This document shows, in pieces, positions 1 to 11,774 of a stretch of DNA of 64,000 nucleotides. The notes under the pieces were generated by a model. That model was not told the origin of the DNA, ran no database searches, and was given only the letters and a program-made list of their open reading frames with translations. The position numbers were made by a program, and so were the translations under genes. The stretch is taken from the NCBI GenBank assembly GCA_021613535.1, contig CP075494.1, positions 434,001 to 498,000 of the forward strand, in the 5' to 3' direction. This DNA is from Adineta vaga. Taxonomy: Eukaryota > Animalia > Rotifera. Numbering within the stretch: the first letter of the stretch is position 1; each line of letters opens with the position of its first letter.

Positions 1-935
1 TGAGTTGGATTTAGTTCGATGTTAGTGCTTGAGCCGAGTGGTATAAGTCGCAAGTTCGAACCGGCTAAAAATTCGAATAAAGCCTTAATTTCATTTTTTT
101 CATAACCTGGATAGTTGAACAACTCATCAAATACCAAAATTGATCCTGAAACTAAACGACTTCCAAGAAGGAATAAAACATCTCGTGCACCATCGTAAAT
201 ATCACAATCAATGTGAACGAATGACACCGGAGTATGACATTGATATTCACGATCAATTAAACGAAGTTGAGTAGGTAATGTGTCGATAAATAAACCTTTC
301 ACTAAAACAACATTTGATGGAACTGAAACAACGGATCCATTAGGTATACTAAACGATCCAGCGCCATAACCAGGTCTCCAGTTCGTCGGTAATCCACTAA
401 AAGTATCAAACCCATAAACTGGCTGACTGTTATCCCCACAAAACACTCTCCTCCAATTAGCGATACTAGTTAAAGTAGCACCACGAAATACTCCAAATTC
501 CATCCAAAGACCATTACAAGAGGGTCTCACTATATCTTTAAGTGGAGGATTGTGAAAAAGGATTTGAATAGAATGTGTCCCTGGAGTAAGTCGACGTGAC
601 ATTAAAGCTGTACGAGTATTTGTAATAAATTCACCTAAGGTTGAGTGGTTTTGCGATATGTATATGATTCTTGAAGCATCACGTTCACTTACATATGCAC
701 TTCTATTATTCATTGTTGATAGAATTATTTCTTTGAATTGATCACGTTTGAATGAACCACTATTAGATGGATGGCATAGAACTTCAGACGATGATATTTG
801 AATCATAGAATAACCCATTGTTGTGTTCAGTATAGTATTGCTTTGTATACAGATACTACGCCGTATTATGAGATATATAATGATGGCGAGTAAAAAATAT
901 AATAGAAGCTGTATGTTTCTTTTAGTTGTGATCAT
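1..935 (-). CDS. TylF/MycF-like class I SAM-dependent O-methyltransferase with N-terminal membrane anchor; runs off the window edge
   Basis: Hand translation from ATG at 935, absent from the ORF track because there is no stop in the window. Motifs GLWMEFGVFRG, YGFDTFSGLP, LVKGLFIDTLP, FVHIDCDIY, ILVFDELFNYPG. No intron seen. Confidence 0.85.
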   Translation of the reverse strand, partial: MITTKRNIQLLLYFLLAIIIYLIIRRSICIQSNTILNTTMGYSMIQISSSEVLCHPSNSGSFKRDQFKEIILSTMNNRSAYVSERDASRIIYISQNHSTLGEFITNTRTALMSRRLTPGTHSIQILFHNPPLKDIVRPSCNGLWMEFGVFRGATLTSIANWRRVFCGDNSQPVYGFDTFSGLPTNWRPGYGAGSFSIPNGSVVSVPSNVVLVKGLFIDTLPTQLRLIDREYQCHTPVSFVHIDCDIYDGARDVLFLLGSRLVSGSILVFDELFNYPGYEKNEIKALFEFLAGSNLRLIPLGSSTNIELNPT

Positions 936-963
936 CTAAACAGTATTCTAATCGGTATTTTAC

Positions 964-1057
964 AAGGGAGTGGGCGTGTGTGTGTGTGTGTGTGAACAAG
1001 ATTATAAGATAAGTAGACGGATAAAAGGAATATTATCACCCACTGACATCCACCGAG
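964..1057. repeat. Degenerate telomere-repeat palindrome (includes a (TG)n tract)
   Basis: aagggagtgggcgtgtg... paired with ...atcacccactgacatccaccgag. Confidence 0.45.
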
Positions 1058-1503
1058 GTATTATATCTGTAGATGGAATTGAAAATAGTTACTGACGTTA
1101 CTCATCTGATACGACAAAGAATAGATTGTCGTGCTTGATATACTCGCGTTATGTGCGTTTTGTTTCAGCTAACAAAGAGTAGAACTCAGATAAAATAGGA
1201 AAAGGAAAAAGATAAACTCAAGCAAGAGAGAAACAAGATACTAGACACTTTTTAACTCTAACCAGATTTCTCATGAATTTGTCGCGAATGTTGATGGAAT
1301 GAACGTTATACTCATACTCCTCAGTTGTTGACAAAGTGATAATATTCTACATCGTTCTTTTTCGTTCTGTTCTAAACAATATTTGTGATGACTCCTTCGG
1401 AATGCGTTTGTTCGTTATCCAAGATAAAACAGAAAAGAAAAACAACGTTGAATAGGTAGGCATATTTGTTTCATCTGCTGTGTTAACGAGATCTTACAGT
1501 ACT

Positions 1504-2400
1504 ATGCCAAAAAAGTGCAACGTTACAGTCGAATCGAAGCCATGCGACAAGTCTTCGTTTGCCACCTGCAATGGACGTAGACATATTACTTTTTTTATCT
1601 TCACTAAATATCATTTTTGCTTTTTGCAGGTCAGCACTCATTTTGCTTATCGCATCTTAACGTTCACCAACAACAGCTCAACACGCAAATGGAGGGAATA
1701 GTTCATATTCACGATCTGTTACTCGAAGAGCTGAATGAACATTGCAGTCCCTTGGTACATGAACTACTTACTTTTGCCCGTGAACTTAGTCTTATCGATG
1801 CATGGCAGATACGTACTTTGGCACAAGCCACAAATCAAATTACACAAGAAGCAAATCGAGCTCGAAACATCGTTCGTCAAGCTATCGAAGAGAATCAGCA
1901 CTGAGCGAACGGCAATGATGTTGCCATTTCGGAGAGTTTCATGCAGCTAAAGAAACGTCTGACGATACTTAGTGAACAGTTGCAGATAAGAATGAAGACA
2001 AGTGATTATCTAGAGCCCGATTTACGTCAGTGGGATACTGAGCTGAGCGATATCAAAAACGTTAGCTTGATCTCGTTCATGTTGAAGCGCATGATGATAA
2101 ACAAGCTAGTTGTGGGAGAAATGCGACAGAATCAAATGTACGCCTCGAACATACTTAGTATTGAATACGAAGACGATGAGAGAACTGAAGAGACAAACTG
2201 TAAATACCAGACGAAAGAACCAATAAAAGCAACAGTTTCAGCAGCGAATGCTTATGTGGCCGAGAAGGTAACAGGTGAGTACTAAACGTCTTGTAACGTC
2301 TATAATGTAATAGCTTGTTATTGTTTCGTTCTTATAGACCGGAGAATCCTTGACGATTATGACACCGATCGAAACCGGCATCAGGCTAAGAAATAACTGA
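1504..2400 (+). pseudogene. B-box-like zinc finger plus coiled-coil gene with an in-frame premature TGA
   Basis: MPKKC..C....TCNG, GT-AG intron, then QHSFCLSHLNVHQQQL. ORFs 1617-1904 and 1941-2285 share one frame and are separated by a single TGA at 1902-1904. Confidence 0.6.
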
Positions 2401-5400
2401 TATTACCCACGCTTGCAATACTCTGATGACGCTATTTTTTTACATATGAATAGAAATGTGATTCTCTAATAAAGAGCTGAAGATGTAATCTATTATTTAC
2501 TTTGACTATCTTGACGGTGTGAGTATTATATTCAAATAGCACGCACATCCTTTCTTTTTTGACAGCAATATATTTCTTCACATATCATCCTAATATTTAT
2601 TAAAAGAACAGCTCTGGAAAAGTTATGATGATCTTGGATTTTCAGAAATTTATTTTATATTTTGTGGGAGAGCGGTGCCATCCCTGCCCTCTCGCTGGAT
2701 AAAATACTCCTGACAAATTCCGATCCGTCCATTCTTTATATCTTTCTTTCTGTTCTCTCCTTCCGCGGTCACGTATAAATAGCTCTGTTCGTGCTTTGTT
2801 CGTTCGTCAGGGTTCTAGGAAGTAAACTAAACACGCTAGCCAAAGAACTGTGGTTCACTTCATATAGAAAAAAAATGAACCAATCAAATTTGAGTCCATA
2901 TTACACTATAATGTATCATTTTTCTCTTTTCCTACGTAGACCATTACACGAAATGAATTAGGGTGAAACCTAGGGGTGTCGTGTCGGATTAGTACTAGTA
3001 TTAAAATTAACATCAATGCTTTGGCGTTAGCATTATTTTCAATGTTGATACATATGCTTCCTGTAACTTTTTAAGGGCTGCTTGGCGCACGCTTAGTTAC
3101 TTTTTAAGAGCTATTCGGGGGTACAAGGCCTATCTTGAGAGAGTATGTGTAACGTCCCAAGCACTAACTGTGGATAGCATCTGAAAATTTACAAGCGTTG
3201 CTTTCGAATAGCAACTGTTACTTTAGGAGAGCTAGCTTCTGGCAGTAGCTGCAGTTTTACCAAAATAACTTGCGAAAGTAGTCGTTACACTACAAACTGT
3301 GAATTATTTTGGCACACGTAAATTTCTGAAGTCACTAGAATATCGTATCTAGCACCGTCGATAGTGGGTATAGCAATGGTCTGGCAAACTTTACTCTGAA
3401 TTCGCTGCGACAAAAATGCATTGCCAGACAGTTATGGAAAACGGCTACGTAGTAAATTGTTTCGCCTAAGTTAGTATCTCTCCGCGTAAAGCCAGTATGC
3501 AAGCACTCCTTGGGTGAAAATAAATCCTTGAGAAGAAAGGAAAATCTCTATGGTCGAAAGAATTGAACCTAAAAAACCCATTGCCTTTATCGCTCTGGAT
3601 AGCAAACCGTTTCGAATATTTAACATACAAACTATAAACACTCATAACGTTGCATAATCTCCTAGCTAATACTATTTCAATATCGTTTTCACGTAACTAA
3701 ACTTGCGATCTTGAGTTAGATACTTCGGAAAAGGTTATTATGCATACTCCACCGTAACTAAGACATGTACCAGTCAAGCCACAGTGAAACTCCTCAACAT
3801 CATGTATACACGGATCGTTGACCGTTATAAGGTCCACTACAATGTATCCCATAAGAAAATGTGTCTTCTGATATGAGATAGGCCTTAAAAAGTTATTAAA
3901 GAAATCCCGGATAGTCCTTAAGAGAGGGTTTGTGGGACCACCAGGCAAACCGGTTGCTAAAAAATGTTAATATTTCAAATGAGTTTCCTAGTTTGAAAAA
4001 ACATAAAACGTTACTCAAAAATCCAAATCTTTACAGTTTTTAGGGGAAATCTTTGAATACTTCGAAGATCTGATTGTTTTGTTCGAAAATATTGCTATGT
4101 CGAAAACTATGGCTTTTAGATCGTTTCTCTTTATGAAGTTTTGATCACAAAAAATTGATTAAAATCGTTATTAAATTATACCAATCGATAGAGCATACGT
4201 TATTCTACAAAACCCTATATTTTCTATGTTATTCTGTGTCTACAAAATTCAAAAAAAAATCATTATAATAGGTGAAATCGACCATTTTTTGATCTATTTT
4301 ATTTACATGCTGTCGTTTACCATTCTTGCATCTTTTATGTAGTTACTTTTCAATAGCTTAAGATAAATTGTACATAGTTTTGTCGAGTGTTAAAAGATGC
4401 ATCTTTTCATAAAAAAATTCAATATAAAGTACTCGCAAGGATCCATAAAGTCCATAATAATGATGTCCACTATATATATATCATTTTTATGAAAATATGT
4501 ATCTTTAGCAGAAGGAGCTTCAAATTATGGTGTAAAACGAAGTAATCTACTAGAAGATCTCACCGTGTACTCACTTGTGTTGCTTTTTCCGCAAACAATC
4601 AGATAATCTCTTTAGTAATAGAATGAATAGTTTGAATTTGATAAGAACAAAAGGAGAAATAGATTGAAAAAGAAATAATATTGGTGAAGATTTTTTTTAT
4701 TAAAAAAAATTCTCATTTACAAGAATGAGACGCTAACAAAAATAAGTCTTCACTAAAACCAATAGAAAAAGCAATAAACATAATTTCGATGAAAGTGAGC
4801 AGTATAATATATGTAACAAAATTTTGATTTGAATGCAGTGAAAAAGACTGAAATAAAAATGCACTACGCGAACAATCAAGCCCATGATGACAAGGAAATG
4901 AATAAAAAAAGAATTGAATTACGATCAAATGCAAATATTGCGTCGATTACCATAGTGCTCATGGCGTATTCTAAATATTGAAAAAATCCATTCTATTACC
5001 TCTGACTATCAGCGATCGATATTCTAATCTGTTCGAAAGATAATAGGAATATATATGTTATTAACTATTTGTTTCTTTCGATTTTCGATAAATAAATATT
5101 ATTTCTTACGGATAATCGTTGATTTCAATTAACAGTAACTATCAGAAATGATGAAAGAAGAAGGATCGTTAAGTGATGTGGACGATTTTCTGAAAAGTTT
5201 AAATCTAACTTTTCAGTGACATTATTTTAAACGTCTATAATCTATTTCTCGTTATATCAGGATGTGAGTATTCTAAATGTGATTACAGATTATTTCTCAT
5301 ATTCATATCCTCGAGTATTTCTTTATTAAATATTAGAAGTTCGTAAATTTAAGTAATTCCCATGTTATTTGGCGAGTGTTCATCGTGATGATAAATGTAT

Positions 5401-5428
5401 TCTCTTAAAGAAGACACCAAAATTAGAA

Positions 5429-5484
5429 CATGTGGGTGTGGGTATTCCATCTACTCCCACACCCACACCCTCACCCACATCGAG
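5429..5484. repeat. Telomere-repeat palindrome at the truncation point of a ricin-B gene
   Basis: catgtgggtgtgggtattccatctactcccacacccacaccctcacccacatcgag. Confidence 0.9.
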
Positions 5485-6530
5485 TGTTTTACCAGATTCG
5501 ACATTAATCAATTCATATAAATTATCTCCAACTGATTTCAAAAACCATCGTTGTGCAACTGAACGATTGTTTGTACAAAGTTGAACATTAGTACCATCTG
5601 AATGTCCATCATACCAGTAATATCTGATGCTTTATCACTATGTGGATTAAATAATTGAATTGAATCATCATCATATCCATAGATAACCCAAATTTGATTG
5701 AGACCTTTGTGATTTTTAAAAATTTCAACATTGGCACCATCATGTATACCACTATCATGTACATCAAGAACCTTGTTTGAACCGGTATGAATGAATTGAT
5801 GGGTATTACCAAAAATAATATTGACTTCGTCTACATAAAGAAAAAAACGTACATTTTAAAAGTATAGAGAATGAATTTTATTCTCAAGATACTCGTTGCC
5901 AAAAAAAATAGAACTGTAAAACTAGCACTGTATTTACACTCACTTTCTTCTGTTTTACCAGGAGCTGGAAATGTATCGAGATATTCTCCAAACCATACAT
6001 TTGCAATTCCTTTATAAACACCAACACCCATGGTTTTCATCGGTCCCCAACCACCTCTTTGTATCATGATATTATTATGACCAGGACTATTTATCCAACT
6101 TTGAACAGCTTCGTATGGATCAATATTCATTCTTTTTCTCGCATCATGAACATATCCATGTGAATTTTCATAACCAGTATAGTTATAATTACTTATTTCC
6201 GGTGGTTTACTCCACATTAAGTGTCCTTGTGCATGATCACTTGATATATCAGGATTATTTTCAACAAGATCAATAGCATGAGTACGAGCAACAAAAGCAA
6301 GATTAGCAGATGGTTGAAGTGCAGGTAAACCATGATTTTCACGATGATTATTGATAAATTTAAATATTTTCTGTTCTACATCATTCATACCATAAAATGA
6401 TGATCTTCGAATTCGATGAACTATTAATGAAAAGAAAGAAATGATGAATAAGATTTATATTATTCATTTATTTTAGTCAGTTAAATGATAAATAATAATA
6501 TTTACCTTTTTCATTGTTGATTTTCGTCTC
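5478..6530 (-). pseudogene. CAP/SCP domain plus ricin-B lectin repeats; frameshifted and 3'-truncated
   Basis: CAP motifs INNHRENHGLP, ARTHAID, WINSPGHN. Next exon has NKVLDV..DGANV..NQIW and AQRW..LYELINVESGKTLDV. A frameshift lies near 5612 and the reading frame runs into the palindrome. Confidence 0.75.
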
Positions 6531-7027
6531 ATTTTGATATTCAATAGACTTTTCATTTGTTATCTCACTTCACAAAATGGAATGAAAACATCGTAGGTCA
6601 TGGGAATTTCTCATCTCACATAATATCTGAGTCCATGTCAATGTCATTTCTTGATTACAAATCTACATTCAAAACAGCACAAACTTTCGTGAATATCTAA
6701 AGACTCTATGAGAAAATTCAGATCATCTCGCATCAATGATCGTAATATTAAACAAATATGATCATAAACATATAGTTGTAAAAGAATTACGACTCCAACA
6801 GATTCTACTAGTTTTTATCAAAAATACAAAATAATGTATAAGTTTTATTATGTAATTAGTTTTAGAAATTTCCATATACGAATTGTCTTGAATAGAAATA
6901 CATCATAAACTATTTTCTCAACTCATTGAAGTTTTCTTCACTTAATCATTGCTACATATTTTTTTCCACTAGGCTGTTTCAATTCTCGTATAATAATTAC
7001 TTGTGTTTCATATATTTAATATATTGT

Positions 7028-7092
7028 GCGACGAATTGTCTATGTGACGAATAGTCCATGACAAATAGTCCGCGACGAATTGTCCAGTCACC
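7028..7092. repeat. Four tandem copies of an approximately 14-15 bp unit (GACGAATWGTC); probable DNA-transposon subterminal relic
   Basis: gcgacgaattgtctatgtgacgaatagtccatgacaaatagtccgcgacgaattgtcc. Confidence 0.55.
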
Positions 7093-7147
7093 ACTATATA
7101 AGGGAGTCTTTTCTATTCAAAAATGAATAGTCGAAATCAATAAAAAA

Positions 7148-8606
7148 ATGATATTTATTGGTATTTTAATCATTATCAGTTTATCTTTCGATTTGATCAA
7201 ATGCGATATTAATTGGAATGGAAACAATTGGGCATTTGCTTGTGATTTCAAAGGAAATAATCTTTCAAATGTACGAATTCCTGGAGAACAATGTGGTGGG
7301 AAATGTACAAGGACTCCTCAATGCACTCACTTTGTGTGGACAACTTCTAATGGTGGAACTTGTTGGATGAAAAAAGGTGCGGTTTCAAAAAAAGATGCTA
7401 TTGCAACTAATGATAGAAATATGGTCTGTGGTGTAATGAAAAGGTAAGATGGAAAACAAAATCGATGTTATTGATGATATATGAAGTTTCAAAACAGGAT
7501 AGAGGTTTCAGTGAGGATGAGCGTGGGTGTGGGTATTCATGCTTATACCTTATTTTTCACGTATTCTTCATCATTCTATTAATTTAGAAAACCTGTTTTT
7601 AGAATGAGAACTTGAAAACAAATTTATATGATAGATAACTATATGGGATACAGAAAATGAAAGAAAAGAAAGTCAATATTATTTATTAGCAATATCTTAA
7701 AACTTTCGATATCTTTTTTTTTCGATCTTTTTGTTCCACATTTTTGCTTATAACATTTATTTTTTCGACGTTCGTGTAGTAAATCAACGGAAAAACCCTT
7801 CTACATTATTGCACATATGGCTAACAGCAAGTTTGCTGTTGACTGGGCTGTGAAACAGGGTGCAAATGCCATCGAATGTGACTTACGTTTTGATACCAAT
7901 GGAAATCCCTCTGCTATTGACCATGGTCCTGGTTGTGATTGTGAATGTGCGAAAGGAAACGATCATATTTGCATTGCTCTTCAGAATCAATGTTCAGGAC
8001 CCGCATCTCGTGAAAATCCAGCAGTTTATATGCAAAATGTTGCACGTCATAATAGTATTGGTCTTTACTTCGTGGATTCCAAAGTGGGTGGTTTTTCAGA
8101 AGAAAGATTGGTTAAAGCAGGCAAAGCTCTTATTCCTTTCATGGACAAGAATTTATTTGGTTACGGTTATAAAGGAGCTGTTGTTATCTCATCAGCATCA
8201 TTTAGTACGTTTGCTTACGTTCGATCAGCAGCAATAGCAGCAAAATCTTCACGAAATGCAAATCATTATTTCTTCACGATTGATCAAGAAGAAAATAACT
8301 ATGCTGGTGTCATGAATAAGCTTTATCCATATACAAACAATCGAGTCTATGGTACTGGTCGTGGTTCATGTGGTGAGGGTGAAACGTATTATACTGCCAT
8401 CGAAACTGCTGTTGCTGGCAAAAAGCAAGGTGAAAATGGCATGAATTACATCTACACCGTGGACCAAGAAGAAATCATGCGACAATATATCAAACATGGT
8501 GTCGACGGAATTATGACAAACCAGATTGCCTTAGCAAAGAAAGTTGCAATATCGATGGGCCTAAGACTTGCACATCTCAGTGATAGGATTTCAATTTCAA
8601 AAAAAC
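7148..8606 (+). CDS. Secreted PAN/apple domain plus sphingomyelinase D / GDPD-like phospholipase D (SicTox-like)
   Basis: Signal peptide and PAN cysteine pattern in 7148-7443. Phase-2 donor AG|gtaag at 7444 joins the acceptor at 7779 in frame. Catalytic motifs FYIIAHMAN, GANAIECDL, DHG..CDC, YTVD, GVDGIMTN. Confidence 0.8.
7511..7552. repeat. Degenerate telomere-repeat element inside the predicted PAN-SMaseD intron
   Basis: gtgaggatgagcgtgggtgtgggtattcatgcttatacc. Confidence 0.65.
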
Positions 8607-8764
8607 GTGAGTATGAAAGCTTTTATTATAATAATACAGCAAAAACAAGCGATGAATTTGATCTAGTGACAAACACTTATTTACCCTGGATTGATATTTT
8701 ATCACTGTTATCGAAAATGAATTGCTATTGAAGTTATGTTCTAATTTTTCTAGCATATATATGA

Positions 8765-9295
8765 CACGATGTGGTTAAAACGATTACACCGGATTCAGGC
8801 CCATGGGGGGAATTTACTCGTATGGTTTATTGTGATGCAAATACATGGGCAATTGGTTTTCGACAGCGTGTAGAAAGATCATGTGGTGAACATTGTGATG
8901 ATACGGCTTTAAATGCGATAGAATTATTGTGTGGAAATAAAGATGGAACTTATGTTAAATCGATTAAACCGCACGATGGCTTCTGGGGAGAATGTGGTGA
9001 TTCCGATCGTTGTCCTGGAAAAAATAATTTTTTGAAAGGTGTTTCATTTAAAACCGAACAATCTCAAGGACAAAGTAAAATTGATACAGCTGCAAATGAT
9101 TGTAAGTTTACTTGTTCTCAATCACCTAATAATCTTATTACATCGAATGGTGAACTATGGGATGATTGGAAAGATATGAAATATTGTCCTCCATCGACAG
9201 CTATCTGTGGATTTTCATTAAAAATAGAAGATAGCCAAGATAAGAGAGATCATACAATTGTAAATGGAGCAAAATTTGACTGCTGTGCTTTATAA
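8765..9295 (+). CDS. Vitelline membrane outer layer protein I (VMO-I/VOMI) beta-prism domain, probably the C-terminal exon of the SMase D gene
   Basis: GPWGEF, DDTALNAIELLC, GFWGEC, DTAANDCKFTC, AICGFSLKIE. The simplest splice (8607 to 8753) meets a TGA at 8762, so the linkage is uncertain. Confidence 0.8.
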   Translation, partial: HDVVKTITPDSGPWGEFTRMVYCDANTWAIGFRQRVERSCGEHCDDTALNAIELLCGNKDGTYVKSIKPHDGFWGECGDSDRCPGKNNFLKGVSFKTEQSQGQSKIDTAANDCKFTCSQSPNNLITSNGELWDDWKDMKYCPPSTAICGFSLKIEDSQDKRDHTIVNGAKFDCCAL

Positions 9296-9679
9296 ACTGA
9301 CTCATGTCTACGATGTTAAACTGTAATACTTTTTTTCTGAAAATCTAAAATAAATATGAATAAATCTATGAAGATTAAATCATGTTTTTAATGTATATCG
9401 TCAATTTAAGATATAATGAAATAGATTCGTTAGAAATGATTAAAACTCCTGTTCAATATTTTCTAAGTCTCTATTTAATTATCTAAATAATTAGAAGCTT
9501 AAGGTCTATTTTTTATATAAATTTCCTTTCATAAAATAATTATGAAATTTATAATCAACATTAAAATCTATATTTGATGACCTTTTAAAATAGTTGAAAT
9601 ACAAAGAACAAGGTTCAAAAATATGAATTGATAATCATTTTAAATTCAAATTTCATATCTTTACAATATATGAAGTCTA

Positions 9680-9747
9680 TTGAGGGTGGGTGTGGGTGTG
9701 GGTGGGTGTGTGAGTCAAGCTATACTCTTAACACACCCACACCCAAG
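9680..9747. repeat. Telomere-repeat palindrome (spacer type B)
   Basis: ttgagggtgggtgtgggtgtggg...gtcaagctatactcttaa...cacacccacacccaag. Confidence 0.9.
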
Positions 9748-11276
9748 AAAAGAATCATACAGAGAAGTGAAATGAAGCGTAAAGGTCATTTATCGTTACA
9801 ATACTATGACTTTGTGATATATAATATCCTATATTAATTTCCAAGGATGTTCTCTTCATTTCATGTAGTTAACATATTTTTCCTAATATTGTTTAATCTT
9901 TTCTAACTGATTCATATATAAAAATAGAACAGTTTGAAACAACGATGACAATTCATCCTGATAATGTGTTTACTATTGAGTGACATTAGTCTAATATTTT
10001 ATTTGTATAGTATCGAAGATTTTAGTAAGAAGGAAATAGTGAACTTCAAGATTTCAAATACCATAAAGTCTGTCGATTCTGCGACCATAGAGATTGAAAG
10101 TGCACGTTCTCTTTCAATCATGAGACTCTTAGCACAGCACCAGCTATTTAATGTTTTGAAATGAGAAGCACAGTTGAACTATTAACGTATTTTAACTGAG
10201 AACTTGTTAATTACGAAAGTAATTCGTATTATTATTTTTCCAATTAAAATAAAAGACAATCAAATTTAAATTAATTAGTTTAGTGATTGAAAAAGAATAT
10301 AAATTATATGGGAAGGAAAAGTTTTAGAAAGAATTGAAAATAATGTTAAGCGAGTAGATATTTGAAAAACGAAAACTAAAATAATAAGAGACTGTTTCAA
10401 AAAACTTAATGCTGTTGTATATGTAATGTTGATACACATATCCATGTGTTTAGCCGCTAAAATCAGAGAGAATATACATTGATAATCTTCAGAATTTTAT
10501 TGATATTATGTGCTTATGTGAAAAAAAACAAAAAAACGAAGCAGGTAGATAGTAATTATATAGGAAGAGTGGTGAATGCAATGAGTCACATGCTCGATAC
10601 TCAAATTGCCTCTCCCAAGGTGAGATGAAAAGAGATACACATATTTTTTTTCTCCATCATTATTTGTGCGCGCATCTCACTTCATTGTATTTACATATAT
10701 CTCAAGACTATTAGTTGAAGAGAACGAAATAGATAACCATCATCTGATATTGATTCGAAAGTATCGTTCTTTTTATTAAGTAATACAACTCATAAAACGA
10801 TAGACTAGTTACCAATAGAAGAAAAAAAAGAAGATAATCAAAATAATAACTTCAGCTTTTTCTTCTAATTGACGTCTTCGTATATAAAGTAGAATATATA
10901 AAGATGATTGTAACTTGAATAATACAAAATTTTCGACTATCAGTACTACTTGTGAGATTCGAAATTAACAAAAAGAACTTCTGACCACCAAAATATAAAG
11001 GATAAAAATTACTGCTGAAAGTGTTACTTTGTTTTATTTCAAAAAAAATAAAGAATACAGAATAATTTTTGTTCGTCAAAAAAAATAGATAAATGACTAA
11101 AATAATAACACATATGACGGGAAAATTCAGTTTCTTTAAAAACAAATCAATTTGCGACAAAATCGTTCTGGATGATGAATTCTAAGAGTTTATGAAAAAT
11201 TGTTTTTTTTTATCAAAAATTAATAAGAAATAATCAATTCTTTAATACAATGGGCATAGCACTGAGTGAGAGTTCT

Positions 11277-11352
11277 ATCTTGAGAGTGATTGTAGGTGAG
11301 CGTAAGGATAAACAGGGACACTTATATCCACATCCACACTCACCCTCAAGAT
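11277..11352. repeat. Telomere-repeat palindrome with perfect ATCTTGAG...CTCAAGAT termini
   Basis: atcttgagagtgattgtaggtgag...ccacatccacactcaccctcaagat. Confidence 0.8.
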
Positions 11353-11774
11353 GTGCTGATGGGACTACGCGTTGATTTATTTCTTCCTCTCATAAATCGC
11401 ATCGATATGATATAAAACACATGCTTATATACTCATCCATCAATAGAAAGAAAGGAAAGGTTATACCAAAGTACAGCAAAATGTATTGAAATGAGGACAA
11501 ACAGCATGCGTACAGCGCATGTAAGCGAGAGAGTCACACCTATAGCCTGACAATTTCTGGAGCAGTTACAGGTTTATTTTTATTCAAAATTTAATTTTAA
11601 ATAGAAAAGACCATACACTCAACGTGATGGGGGGCAAAGGTAAATCATATGTAAAGGTCTTTGAGAAAATGTTATAGATAAGAGAACATTGAGAAAAAAG
11701 AAATTGATATCATCATAAAACATATATTTCTATTTCTTTATTCTTTCATTCGACTACTACAACACAAGAATACA

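Noticed and set aside
2650-4570. Non-genic, slightly GC-richer stretch that looks transposon-derived
   Set aside because: No paired termini, TSD or coding remnant could be identified by eye.
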